DNA from: Bdellovibrionia bacterium
Lineage (GTDB): Bacteria > Bdellovibrionota > UBA1018
Direction: 5' to 3'
Assembly (NCBI GenBank): GCA_040399745.1
Contig: JBBARP010000008.1
Location: forward strand, 4,133-68,132
Length of the DNA: 64,000 bases
Part shown: one piece after another, positions 37,726 to 45,351 of the stretch
Layout of the letters: each line of letters starts with the position of its first letter
How positions within the stretch are numbered: the stretch's first letter is position 1
Notes under the pieces: generated by a model
The model's input: only the letters and a program-made list of their open reading frames with translations
Database searches by the model: none
Told to the model about the DNA's origin: nothing
Made by a program: the position numbers and the translations under genes

Positions 37726-38692
37726 CTTTCAGGGAGTCCAGGAGGGTCAAATTCCTGGAAAAAGAGGCTACGCAGCTTTGAACCAGGAGCGTCTTCAATT
37801 CGCCTGAGTAACGCCGGTTCTCCGCTTGGGTGCGTTTTCCGCCAGCCGACGCGGGATTCAGGCACGCCCAGCGGAAATCTTGCCATCCTTTTTGAAGCGA
37901 CTGCGTCGAGGAAACGACGTGGTCACGGTCGGGGTCGGATTCTTGAGTCGAGGCTTCAAGTACTTTGCGGTAGCGGCCGATGGCGTCGCCCAAGCAATCC
38001 CCACGGTGAGTCAGCGCCTCTTGGTATTGAAGCTCATTGAGTTGCGGGGCGGCATTGCCGGGAAGCATCCGGCAGCGCAGGAGTTGAAGTTCCAGTCCCG
38101 CGCGCTCGGCGTGAGTGCGAAGGAGGGAGGGTTGGTCTTTCAAGCGCGCAAGCGCCTGGCTGTAAGCTTGCTCGGCCTCGGTGAGCTGGGAGCGGGCGAC
38201 CCGGGATCGCGTCTGCATGAGTCGCCCCAGTGCGGCGAGTTCGGGTTCGAGCTGGCGGCGTGAATCTTCGGCTTCGATTTCTAGGGCGAGCTGAAGCGCC
38301 TCGGTGGGGCGTCCCGCGGCCAGGTAGGCTTCTGCCAGGGTGGTTCGCGCTTTCAGACCCTCCGGGCGAAGGCCGGTGGCTTCAACATAATGCTGAAGGG
38401 GCGAAAGTGCCTCTTTCGGTAGTCCTTCGCGGAGCAGAGCGTGGCCGAGAAGGCGGTGGGCTTCGAGGGCTTCGGGAGCGCTGATGTAGCGCGAGACAAA
38501 ACGCTTCAAGGTTCGGACGGCGTCGTGCCAGCGTTCTTCTTGATGCAGGCGGAGCGCTTCTTTCCAAAGGAGGCGCGCTTCAGCGTCCGAATGGGCGCCT
38601 ACCGCTTCCGCTGGGAGGGGGAGTGCGGCGGATTCTTTTGCCGCGTATGCTTCAGTGCCCGAGAGGACTGCGATCCAAAGCCATAGCCACAT
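37652..38692 (-). CDS. secreted TPR-like repeat protein
   Basis: Signal peptide MWLWLWIAVLSGTEAYA. Ala/Leu-rich helical repeats with TPR-like periodicity. Confidence 0.5.
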   Translation of the reverse strand: MWLWLWIAVLSGTEAYAAKESAALPLPAEAVGAHSDAEARLLWKEALRLHQEERWHDAVRTLKRFVSRYISAPEALEAHRLLGHALLREGLPKEALSPLQHYVEATGLRPEGLKARTTLAEAYLAAGRPTEALQLALEIEAEDSRRQLEPELAALGRLMQTRSRVARSQLTEAEQAYSQALARLKDQPSLLRTHAERAGLELQLLRCRMLPGNAAPQLNELQYQEALTHRGDCLGDAIGRYRKVLEASTQESDPDRDHVVSSTQSLQKGWQDFRWACLNPASAGGKRTQAENRRYSGELKTLLVQSCVASFSRNLTLLDSLKGDIPASRKAPFEQAQSSCRKFGRF

Positions 38693-39731
38693 GCACTAGA
38701 TCTTCAACCGAGTGCACGTCGCGCGCAAGCTCAGGAAGCAAGATTGGGTCGGGAATCCCGGCTCCGTGGACCAAGGCCTCAAGCCCCCGCTTTTCTCGGG
38801 CTTGGAGGCCTTCTAAAATCCGGCGCGCTTCATCCCAGGCAGGGTCAGCGGGAATGCCGGTGAGGGGGCCCAGGTGGGCGAGGCTTCGATTGAGGATCAG
38901 TCCATCGAAGTGGTAACCGCGACGGGTGATGCCTTCCGCGAAATGAGAAACCTCCAGCACGTGCTCTGGAGCGGGCGAAGCCACCATAATGAAACCGGTC
39001 GAGGAGCCTTCGAGAAGTGCGGTCACTTCCCGAAGATTTTTGGAAAAGTTTTCCTGCACTTCGAAAAGCGAAGCAACAAAGCCCACGAGGTGAGTCATGA
39101 ACCCACCGCCGGTCAGTTTTTCGAGGGCGTCGAGGGCTTTGTGCATTCCGAAAGCCGCGAGTCGGCTCGATGGGGCCAGAAGCCATTGGAGCGCTTTTTC
39201 TTCGTAAAAGCGGGTGAGGAGCTTCGGAGCGTTCAGAAAATCCAGAGTGTTCCGGCTGGGCGGCGTGTCGAGGATGATCCGGTCAAATTGCGGGTCGCGA
39301 TTCAAACGGTGAAGCCGCTGAACGGCCATGTACTCGTTGGTTCCGCTGAACTCGCGAGCGAAGATTTCAAAAATAGGATTTTTGATGAGCTTTTCTGCGC
39401 CTTCGGCTGAAAAGCCCAGATCCACGACGAGCTGTTCGAAAGTACGGCGCGTGTCGGGCATCAGCGCGTGAAGGCTGCCCGGCACGGTCTCCGGGACATC
39501 GAAGCCCTGGGATCGAAGCTTTTGGAGCGCTACTTTCAAGTGGGGCGTGAGATCGGTGGGGTGGTCGCCCAACCCCTCGAGTCCGAGCGACGTCGCGAGC
39601 CGCTTGGCCGGGTCCAGCGTGACCACCACCGCGCGGTCGCCCCGAAGCGCCGAGAGCAGCCCCCGCGCTGCGCTGACGGTGGTTTTTCCGACGCCCCCGG
39701 TTCCGCAATGGATCAAGATTTTGCGCTTCAT
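38652..39731 (-). CDS. ArsA/Get3-family ATPase, single-half form (downstream member of split pair)
   Basis: P-loop HCGTGGVGKTTVSAA at the N-terminus and DTPPS (DTAPTGH-like) signature. 4-nt overlap with the upstream ArsA-like gene. Confidence 0.75.
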   Translation of the reverse strand: MKRKILIHCGTGGVGKTTVSAARGLLSALRGDRAVVVTLDPAKRLATSLGLEGLGDHPTDLTPHLKVALQKLRSQGFDVPETVPGSLHALMPDTRRTFEQLVVDLGFSAEGAEKLIKNPIFEIFAREFSGTNEYMAVQRLHRLNRDPQFDRIILDTPPSRNTLDFLNAPKLLTRFYEEKALQWLLAPSSRLAAFGMHKALDALEKLTGGGFMTHLVGFVASLFEVQENFSKNLREVTALLEGSSTGFIMVASPAPEHVLEVSHFAEGITRRGYHFDGLILNRSLAHLGPLTGIPADPAWDEARRILEGLQAREKRGLEALVHGAGIPDPILLPELARDVHSVEDLVHVAMALDRSPLGH

Positions 39732-40714
39732 GACGCGGTTTCCTCGCGCAGCGCTTGGAGTCGCGCGGCCAGGGTTTCCACCAAGTGGGTGTGCTCGCGG
39801 CCCACTTCAGGCGCGACAAACGGCAAGCTTGCGTAGCGAAGGCCGCGCGAATCCCAAAGGCGCGCTAGATTTTCTTTCTCCAGGCGCGATTTTCGCCACA
39901 AGTAATCGGCCGAATCGAGCGCAAAGGGCGAAAGCGCGCTCTCGGCGCTCTCTGGGCTGGTCGCGCCCTCGGCGCTCGCCGCGCCAACCGTCTTTGCGTC
40001 CCGGCTTTGGCTCGAGGCGGGCGGCTCGCGAAGCTCGGGAAGTCTGCGGTTACAGATCAAAGCGGCTTCGTTTTTGGGGAAGAGATCAGAAAGCAGGTCT
40101 TTCAGCTCGAGGGATTCTTGAAGCGGCATTTCCTCGGGTAAGGACACGATCACGATTCCGGTTTGCGCGGGGTCGCGGAAAACCGAGTTCATCGCCTCGG
40201 TGTCGCTGTGGACCGGGCCTGAGCCGAAAAGGTTTCCAAAGTTCCGTGTGGAGCGAAACATGGCGACGCCGTGGCCCGTGGAAGGCATGTCGATCACGAC
40301 GTGGTCGTAATTTTGCCGCTCAAACCAGATTTTTCCGAGGAGAACGAGCTCGCGAATTCCAGGCGCCGCAGTAGCCAAATACTGCACGAGACGGTTCTGA
40401 AGAAAGAAGTGGAGAAGCAGGCGGGCACCGATTTTCAATTCAGCGTACTCGGCAAACGACGGGCCGGCGGAAGCGTTCAGAGACCAGAGGTTCGCCCCGA
40501 GTTGCTTCATATCCTGCGGCGGGCGAGTGGGGTCTTCGATGCTGACCCAGAGCACGCGTCCGGGAAGCGACCGAGAGATGGACTCGGTGATGGCAGTTTT
40601 TCCCACTCCCCCTTTTCCGATGACGAAAAGGAGGCGACGGTTGAGCAGTGATTTCAGGTCGTTGGAAGTCATGAAGTCCTGCGGGATGGCCTTGCAATTG
40701 GCCGCCCCGGTCAT
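39728..40714 (-). CDS. ArsA/Get3-family ATPase, single-half form (upstream member of split pair)
   Basis: P-loop GKGGVGKTAITE, DMPSTGHGV signature. Alternative start MTSNDLK at about 40672 possible. Confidence 0.7.
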   Translation of the reverse strand: MTGAANCKAIPQDFMTSNDLKSLLNRRLLFVIGKGGVGKTAITESISRSLPGRVLWVSIEDPTRPPQDMKQLGANLWSLNASAGPSFAEYAELKIGARLLLHFFLQNRLVQYLATAAPGIRELVLLGKIWFERQNYDHVVIDMPSTGHGVAMFRSTRNFGNLFGSGPVHSDTEAMNSVFRDPAQTGIVIVSLPEEMPLQESLELKDLLSDLFPKNEAALICNRRLPELREPPASSQSRDAKTVGAASAEGATSPESAESALSPFALDSADYLWRKSRLEKENLARLWDSRGLRYASLPFVAPEVGREHTHLVETLAARLQALREETAS

Positions 40715-40741
40715 ACACTGGGCCCACCGAAAGGGGAAAGA

Positions 40742-41347
40742 ATGCTCAAGCGCGCATCAGTTTTTGTAGGGTTGGCTTCGATTCTGGGTCTGGCTGCCGG
40801 TTGCGGCGGTCCTAAGGCCTTCACCAAAGGCGAATACGACGATCCGACTCGGGTTGAGCTTTTGGACGATAAGTTCAACGAGTCTGACATGCAGCAAATG
40901 GCCGACACGGTGATCAAAGCCATGGTGTCGTGCGGTTATGTTGCGAACGCTCCGAAGCCCCCGGTGGTGATCGTCGAGCGGGTGAAGAACAAAACCGAAG
41001 AACACATCGACACCGAGAGCCTGACCGACAAGGTGCGAACCGCTCTGATCAAGACGGGCAAAGTGCGCTTCGTGAATAAGGAAGAACGCGGGACGATCGA
41101 CTCGGAATACCAGTACAACGAGGCCGGCAACGTGAGCGGTCCGACGCAGAAAAAGCGCGGCAAGCAGATTGGCGCGGACTACATTTTGTCGGGCAACTTG
41201 GCCACGAACATCCAGCAAGTGGGCAAAGACAAGTTCGTCTACTACAAGCTGACGATGAACCTGACGAACCTCGAGTCTTCCACTATTGACTGCACCGAGG
41301 AGCGCGAGCTGCGGAAGAAGTTCAAAAAACGTAGCATCTCGCTCTGA
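40742..41347 (+). CDS. LpoB-like outer-membrane lipoprotein (COG3417-type fold)
   Basis: Lipobox LAAGC. C-terminal pattern VVIVERVKNKTEE...ALIKTGKVRFVNKEE...YILSGNL...YYKLTMNLTNLESSTI parallels the LpoB C-domain. Confidence 0.45.
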   Translation: MLKRASVFVGLASILGLAAGCGGPKAFTKGEYDDPTRVELLDDKFNESDMQQMADTVIKAMVSCGYVANAPKPPVVIVERVKNKTEEHIDTESLTDKVRTALIKTGKVRFVNKEERGTIDSEYQYNEAGNVSGPTQKKRGKQIGADYILSGNLATNIQQVGKDKFVYYKLTMNLTNLESSTIDCTEERELRKKFKKRSISL

Positions 41348-41367
41348 AGCAGAAAGGCGCGCGCAGC

Positions 41368-42648
41368 ATGAGGGGTGGCCGGCCCGGAGGGCTTCGCTGG
41401 GCAGCGTGGATGGGTGGGCTCGGGATCGCTTTGGCGGTCTCGGCCTGCCAGTCCGCGCGCGTTTCAGATCGAGAGATCGACAACCTGTTTCGGGGCGGGA
41501 AGTACGAAGAAGCCGCTGCGCGCTTGGAAGCAGGTTATCGAAAGCATGGCGAAGAGGGTGGCAAGGACTCGCTTCTTTATCTCTTGGATTTGGGGTTGGC
41601 TCGCCATCAGGCAGGGCAATTCGATGAGGCGAATCGGGCGTTTTTGAAAGCCGACGAAGTCGCCGAGATCAAGGATTACACGAAGCTTTCAGTCGAAGCG
41701 GCCGTGCTGATCACCTCGGATCTCATGAAAGCTTACAAAGGCGAAGAGTTCGAGAACGTGATGATCTCGACCTACTTGGCCATGAACTATGCGCTGCTGG
41801 GAAAGTCCGAGGACGCGCGAGTCGAAGCCCGAAGGGTCAATCGAAAGCTCGAACGTATGGTGACGGAAGGGAAGCGCAAGTATCAGCAAAATGCGTTTGC
41901 GCGTTACCTGTCCGGCATTCTTTACGAGGCCGATGGAAATTGGAATTCGGCCTACATCGATTACAAAAAAACCTGGGAGCTGAGTCCAGAGGCTCCGGGC
42001 TTAGGCAAAGCTCTTTGGCGAGTGGCGCGTCGGGGAGGATTTCGCGAAGACCTTCCGCGCTGGGAGGCGGAGTTTGGCGAGGAGGTGCGGAGTTCGGCCC
42101 CGCCGCCGGCTGAGATCATCGTTTTTTATCAAAACGGAATATCGCCCCGTAAGCTTCCGAATCCTGACTTCTCGTCGCTTCCCAAGTTTTATGCCCGGAA
42201 AAATCCGGCAGTCGGGGCTGAGGTGGAACTGGTGGGGGAGGCCTCGAATCCGACTGCGCTCCCTGGCAAGACCCAGGTTCTTTACGATATCGAACAAGTG
42301 GCCATCCAGAATCTGGAAGAAAAGTACGGGGGCTTAGTGGCCAAGAAGTTGGCCGGTTTGATCGTCAAAGAGACGCTGGCCGATCAGATTGAGCGAAGTA
42401 CGAAAAGCCCTCTGGCGGGCTTTCTGGCTCGTGTGGCCATGTACGCAAGCGACCAAGCGGATTGCCGCTCGTGGGCACTCTTACCGAAGGACCTTCAAAT
42501 GGCCCGTCTGGAAGTGCAGCCTGGGGTCCATGAGGTCCGTCTGACCCCGGTTGGGCCTTTCGGAGAACGCCTTCAGCCGCTTCCCGGAAAGGTCGTTTCC
42601 GTAGCGGCGGGTCAAAAAGTTTTCGTCAATTTCCGTTATTTGCCCTGA
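41368..42648 (+). CDS. TPR-containing lipoprotein, conserved hypothetical
   Basis: Lipobox LAVSAC (probable start M at 41410). TPR-like helical N-half and beta-rich C-half. No enzymatic motif. Confidence 0.5.
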   Translation: MRGGRPGGLRWAAWMGGLGIALAVSACQSARVSDREIDNLFRGGKYEEAAARLEAGYRKHGEEGGKDSLLYLLDLGLARHQAGQFDEANRAFLKADEVAEIKDYTKLSVEAAVLITSDLMKAYKGEEFENVMISTYLAMNYALLGKSEDARVEARRVNRKLERMVTEGKRKYQQNAFARYLSGILYEADGNWNSAYIDYKKTWELSPEAPGLGKALWRVARRGGFREDLPRWEAEFGEEVRSSAPPPAEIIVFYQNGISPRKLPNPDFSSLPKFYARKNPAVGAEVELVGEASNPTALPGKTQVLYDIEQVAIQNLEEKYGGLVAKKLAGLIVKETLADQIERSTKSPLAGFLARVAMYASDQADCRSWALLPKDLQMARLEVQPGVHEVRLTPVGPFGERLQPLPGKVVSVAAGQKVFVNFRYLP

Positions 42649-42671
42649 ATGCCGCAGTGAGTTAAGTTCGG

Positions 42672-43436
42672 GTGGTGACTTCTGCATCGCCGAACCGAGT
42701 ACCCATTCAGCACCCTGATTACCGCTATCCGGAATCGAGAAACCCTTATTACCGAAAGCTCCGGGAGCTTCCGGAACGTTTGGTTTTCGGAGACCAGGAT
42801 ACCGAATGCCACATGGGGCAGTGGCGCGAACAATTCTTGGACGCGACTGAAAAGACCGGGACTTCGAAACCAGAAACTTCGGGTCGGCGTGCTCTCCATG
42901 TCGAGATTGGCTGTAACGGAGGCCATGTCTCTTTGGAGTGGGCTGCAAGAAACCCCGCCGATTTGTATGTCGGCTTGGACTGGAAAATGAAGCAGATCCA
43001 CCGGGGAGGCGAGAAGGCCCAGAACCGGAAGCTACGAAATCTCATTTTCCTGAGGTCTCATGCCGAGCGTCTGAAATACGTTTTTGCACCGGGTGAAGTC
43101 GACTTCCTTTACCTGTACTTCCCAGACCCTTGGCCGAAGAAGTCTCAGCGGAAGAACCGGTTCATCAATCCAGGAAACCTGGACATGCTGGCCGGGATCG
43201 TCCGACCGGGAGGGGTCTTCCACATCAAGACCGATCACCCCGGGTACTTCGAATGGATGGAGGAATCCTTGAAGGCAGCTTCGCCTTTTTGGAGCATCCT
43301 GGAACGGTCTGCGGACTTGCATCAGGGGCACCCTTCACCCACTGATCTGACCATTCCCGAGGTCACTCTCTTTGAAAGAATCTTCATTCGAGAGGGACTA
43401 CCCATCCACAGTTTGAAGCTTCTACGCCGGGAGTAA
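42672..43436 (+). CDS. trmB: tRNA (guanine46-N7)-methyltransferase
   Basis: LYLYFPDPWPKKSQRKNRFI and GGVFHIKTD motifs of TrmB. Confidence 0.85.
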   Translation: MVTSASPNRVPIQHPDYRYPESRNPYYRKLRELPERLVFGDQDTECHMGQWREQFLDATEKTGTSKPETSGRRALHVEIGCNGGHVSLEWAARNPADLYVGLDWKMKQIHRGGEKAQNRKLRNLIFLRSHAERLKYVFAPGEVDFLYLYFPDPWPKKSQRKNRFINPGNLDMLAGIVRPGGVFHIKTDHPGYFEWMEESLKAASPFWSILERSADLHQGHPSPTDLTIPEVTLFERIFIREGLPIHSLKLLRRE

Positions 43437-43446
43437 TTCCCGTGGT

Positions 43447-43503
43447 CCTCCGTTTTTTCGGAGGCCGTCTGGCGGACCTGCGTCCGTTCAGGCCGCCAGA
43501 CGG
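43447..43503. terminator. bidirectional terminator region between convergent trmB and fliC
   Basis: Two adjacent hairpins: CCTCCG-TTTTTT-CGGAGG and CCGTCTGGCGG...CCGCCAGACGG (11-bp stem). Confidence 0.5.
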
Positions 43504-43544
43504 TGCGTATTGCGCTTCAGACAACTTTCATCAGCTCAGAGCTA

Positions 43545-44378
43545 TCAGCTCAGGAGCTTGAGAACCAATTGAGAGCTTTGATTGGCTTGGCCCAAGACCG
43601 AGACGTTCGCCTGGGTCAGGATCGAGCCTTTGGTCAACTCGCTGGTCTCTTCAGCCATGTCCGTGTCGCGGATACGCGAGTTGGCGGCCGAGAGGTTTTC
43701 AGTGCTGATCTGCAAGTTGTTGATGGTGCTCATCAAGCGGTTTTGCAGGGCACCGAGACCGGAGCGGTTGCTGTTCAGGCGGTTCAGCGCGGTGTCGATC
43801 ATTGCCAGGTTTTCCTGAGCGCCGACTCGATTTTGCGTGCTGACGCCACCCAGGCCAAGGCTCGAAAGGGTCGTATTTGCTTCCGTAGTGTCGTAGTAGA
43901 AGCGATCTTCGAGCGGGTTGTTTTTCGTACCGATCTGGATTTCCAGATTGGCTTCGCTGCCATCGAGCAGCTTGCGGCCGTTGAAGTCGGTGGAGGCGGC
44001 GATCCGGTCCACTTCAGACTTCAGAGCCTGCATTTCCTTATCGATGAAGCTTCGTTCCGTGTCACCGATAGTGTCTGAAGAGGCTTGGATCGACAGTTCG
44101 CGCATCCGGATCAGGATGTTCGAAACTTCGTTCATCGCACCTTCGGCCACTTGAATCATCGAAACGCCGTCGTTCGCGTTCCGGGTGGCTTGCTTCATCG
44201 ATCGAATGTTGGCCTTCAACTTTTCGCTGATGGCCAAACCGGCGGCGTCGTCGCCTGCGCGGTTAATACGCGAACCTGAGGAGAGTCTCTCCAGGCTGCG
44301 GCTAGTGTTGTTTCCGTTCAGTCCCAAGAAACGTTGAGCCGAAATCGAACTCACGTTAGTAGCGATACGCATTCCCAT
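43545..44378 (-). CDS. fliC: flagellin (short, 277 aa)
   Basis: N-terminal MGMRIATNVSSISAQRFLGLNGNNTSRSLERLSSGSRINRAGDDAAGLAISEKL and C-terminal ILTQANVSVLGQANQSSQLVLKLLS flagellin D0/D1 helices. Strong RBS GGAGGA upstream. Confidence 0.9.
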   Translation of the reverse strand: MGMRIATNVSSISAQRFLGLNGNNTSRSLERLSSGSRINRAGDDAAGLAISEKLKANIRSMKQATRNANDGVSMIQVAEGAMNEVSNILIRMRELSIQASSDTIGDTERSFIDKEMQALKSEVDRIAASTDFNGRKLLDGSEANLEIQIGTKNNPLEDRFYYDTTEANTTLSSLGLGGVSTQNRVGAQENLAMIDTALNRLNSNRSGLGALQNRLMSTINNLQISTENLSAANSRIRDTDMAEETSELTKGSILTQANVSVLGQANQSSQLVLKLLS

Positions 44379-44681
44379 TTTATTTATCCTCCGGGTAACA
44401 TCTCAATTTCCTCCTCCATGAATTTTTCTTCCTTGTAGGTGGGCATCCCTTGCCCGCTTACATGTGACATTTCGGCGGACGCGGGTTGGACTTGAGAAAA
44501 AAGCTGAAAAATATCGCATACTTATACCTTATCAGGATTGTCGGGTATTCTGCGAATGTTGAAAACATCTGAAAATACCGGGGTTTTTCGATGTTTTTGT
44601 GCTTTTTAAAATTGCGGAAATTCCCGCAAAAAATCTCACATTCGGATTCACGAAAGGCTCAAGCACAACACCTTCGGAAAA
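44379..44681 (-). promoter_or_regulatory. about 300-nt AT-rich promoter/5' leader of flagellin with palindrome and GGA-rich SD region
   Basis: Markedly lower GC than flanks. Inverted repeat TTGCGG-N6-CCGCAA at 44602-44619. Leader GGA motifs (AAGGAAG, ATGGAGGAGGAA, CCGGAGGAT) overlap the SD. A sigma28-like -10 (CCGACAAT, 1 mismatch to CCGATAA) has no convincing TAAA -35. Confidence 0.4.
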
Positions 44682-44718
44682 GAAAAAAGCCTGACCCCGG
44701 GGAGGGATCAGGCTTTTA
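44682..44718 (-). terminator. rho-independent terminator of the 44773-45297 gene (hairpin also readable on + strand)
   Basis: AAAAAAGCCTGACCCC-GGGG-AGGGATCAGGCTTTT: 10-bp stem with one mismatch flanked by A-run/T-run. On the minus strand it reads hairpin + TTTTTT, 55 nt after the stop. Confidence 0.55.
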
Positions 44719-44772
44719 GAGTTGAATCAGACGGTCAACGGGAAGGGGAATGCCCTCCCGAGCCGCTTTTCT

Positions 44773-45297
44773 TTATTTCTGGGTTTTCTCGACTACGAAT
44801 TCGCGCTGAATCGTTTTTCCACCCGCATAGGTGAATTTCACGGTGATCGGGTTTTTACCCGGTTCCAGTGGAATGTAGTCGGTTGAGTACTTCCCAGGCC
44901 CTTCGTCGGTAAAAACAGTGGCCGAGAAGCGATTAGCCGAGTTCTGGATGCTGATCTGCTCGAACTTAACGGGCGGGGTGGCCGAGGCAGGGTTTCGGCT
45001 CGAGCCGGATTTTGCTGCCGCTGGAGAGGGGGAGCAGGCCGTGCCTTTGAGGCGAATTTTCCCAGCTGTCGTAGCGACTTCCGGGGCGTCCTCGCAGGGG
45101 ACTTCAATGTTTTGAAGGGGTGCGGCCGGGTCGCTGGCCACGTTTCGCTGCGGGTCGCTCGGTAGATCCAAGTTCACCACCGTGCCGGGGTGAAACCCCT
45201 GCTGGTCGTAAAACAGGTTGTAGACCGAGTGCACAAACACACTCGACACCAAACCGAAGATCGCAAATTCCACTGGATTGATTTTGGTTGGACGCAT
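44773..45297 (-). CDS. hypothetical N-terminally anchored periplasmic protein
   Basis: ATG at 45297-45295 (MRPTKINPVEFAIFGLVSSVFVHSVY TM anchor). Pro/Ala/Ser linker and beta-rich C-domain. Divergent from the histidine kinase gene with a 54-bp spacer. Confidence 0.5.
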   Translation of the reverse strand: MRPTKINPVEFAIFGLVSSVFVHSVYNLFYDQQGFHPGTVVNLDLPSDPQRNVASDPAAPLQNIEVPCEDAPEVATTAGKIRLKGTACSPSPAAAKSGSSRNPASATPPVKFEQISIQNSANRFSATVFTDEGPGKYSTDYIPLEPGKNPITVKFTYAGGKTIQREFVVEKTQK

Positions 45298-45351
45298 GGC
45301 CAAGAGCGCTCCCTTACAGAGGGATATCGGCTTCCCCCCGGCTGGCCTTTA

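Noticed and set aside
44481-44583. Candidate sigma28 (TAAA-N15-GCCGATAA) and sigma54 (GG-N10-GC) promoters for fliC
   Set aside because: Best -10 candidate CCGACAAT has one core mismatch and no TAAA at the right spacing. No TGGCAC-N5-TTGC match on the fliC strand. Left as an open question, not annotated as a promoter.
45190-45351. GTG-initiated upstream extension of the histidine kinase ORF
   Set aside because: Overlaps the divergent 44773-45297 gene by over 100 nt. The ATG at 45352 gives a sensible start ahead of the first TM helix.
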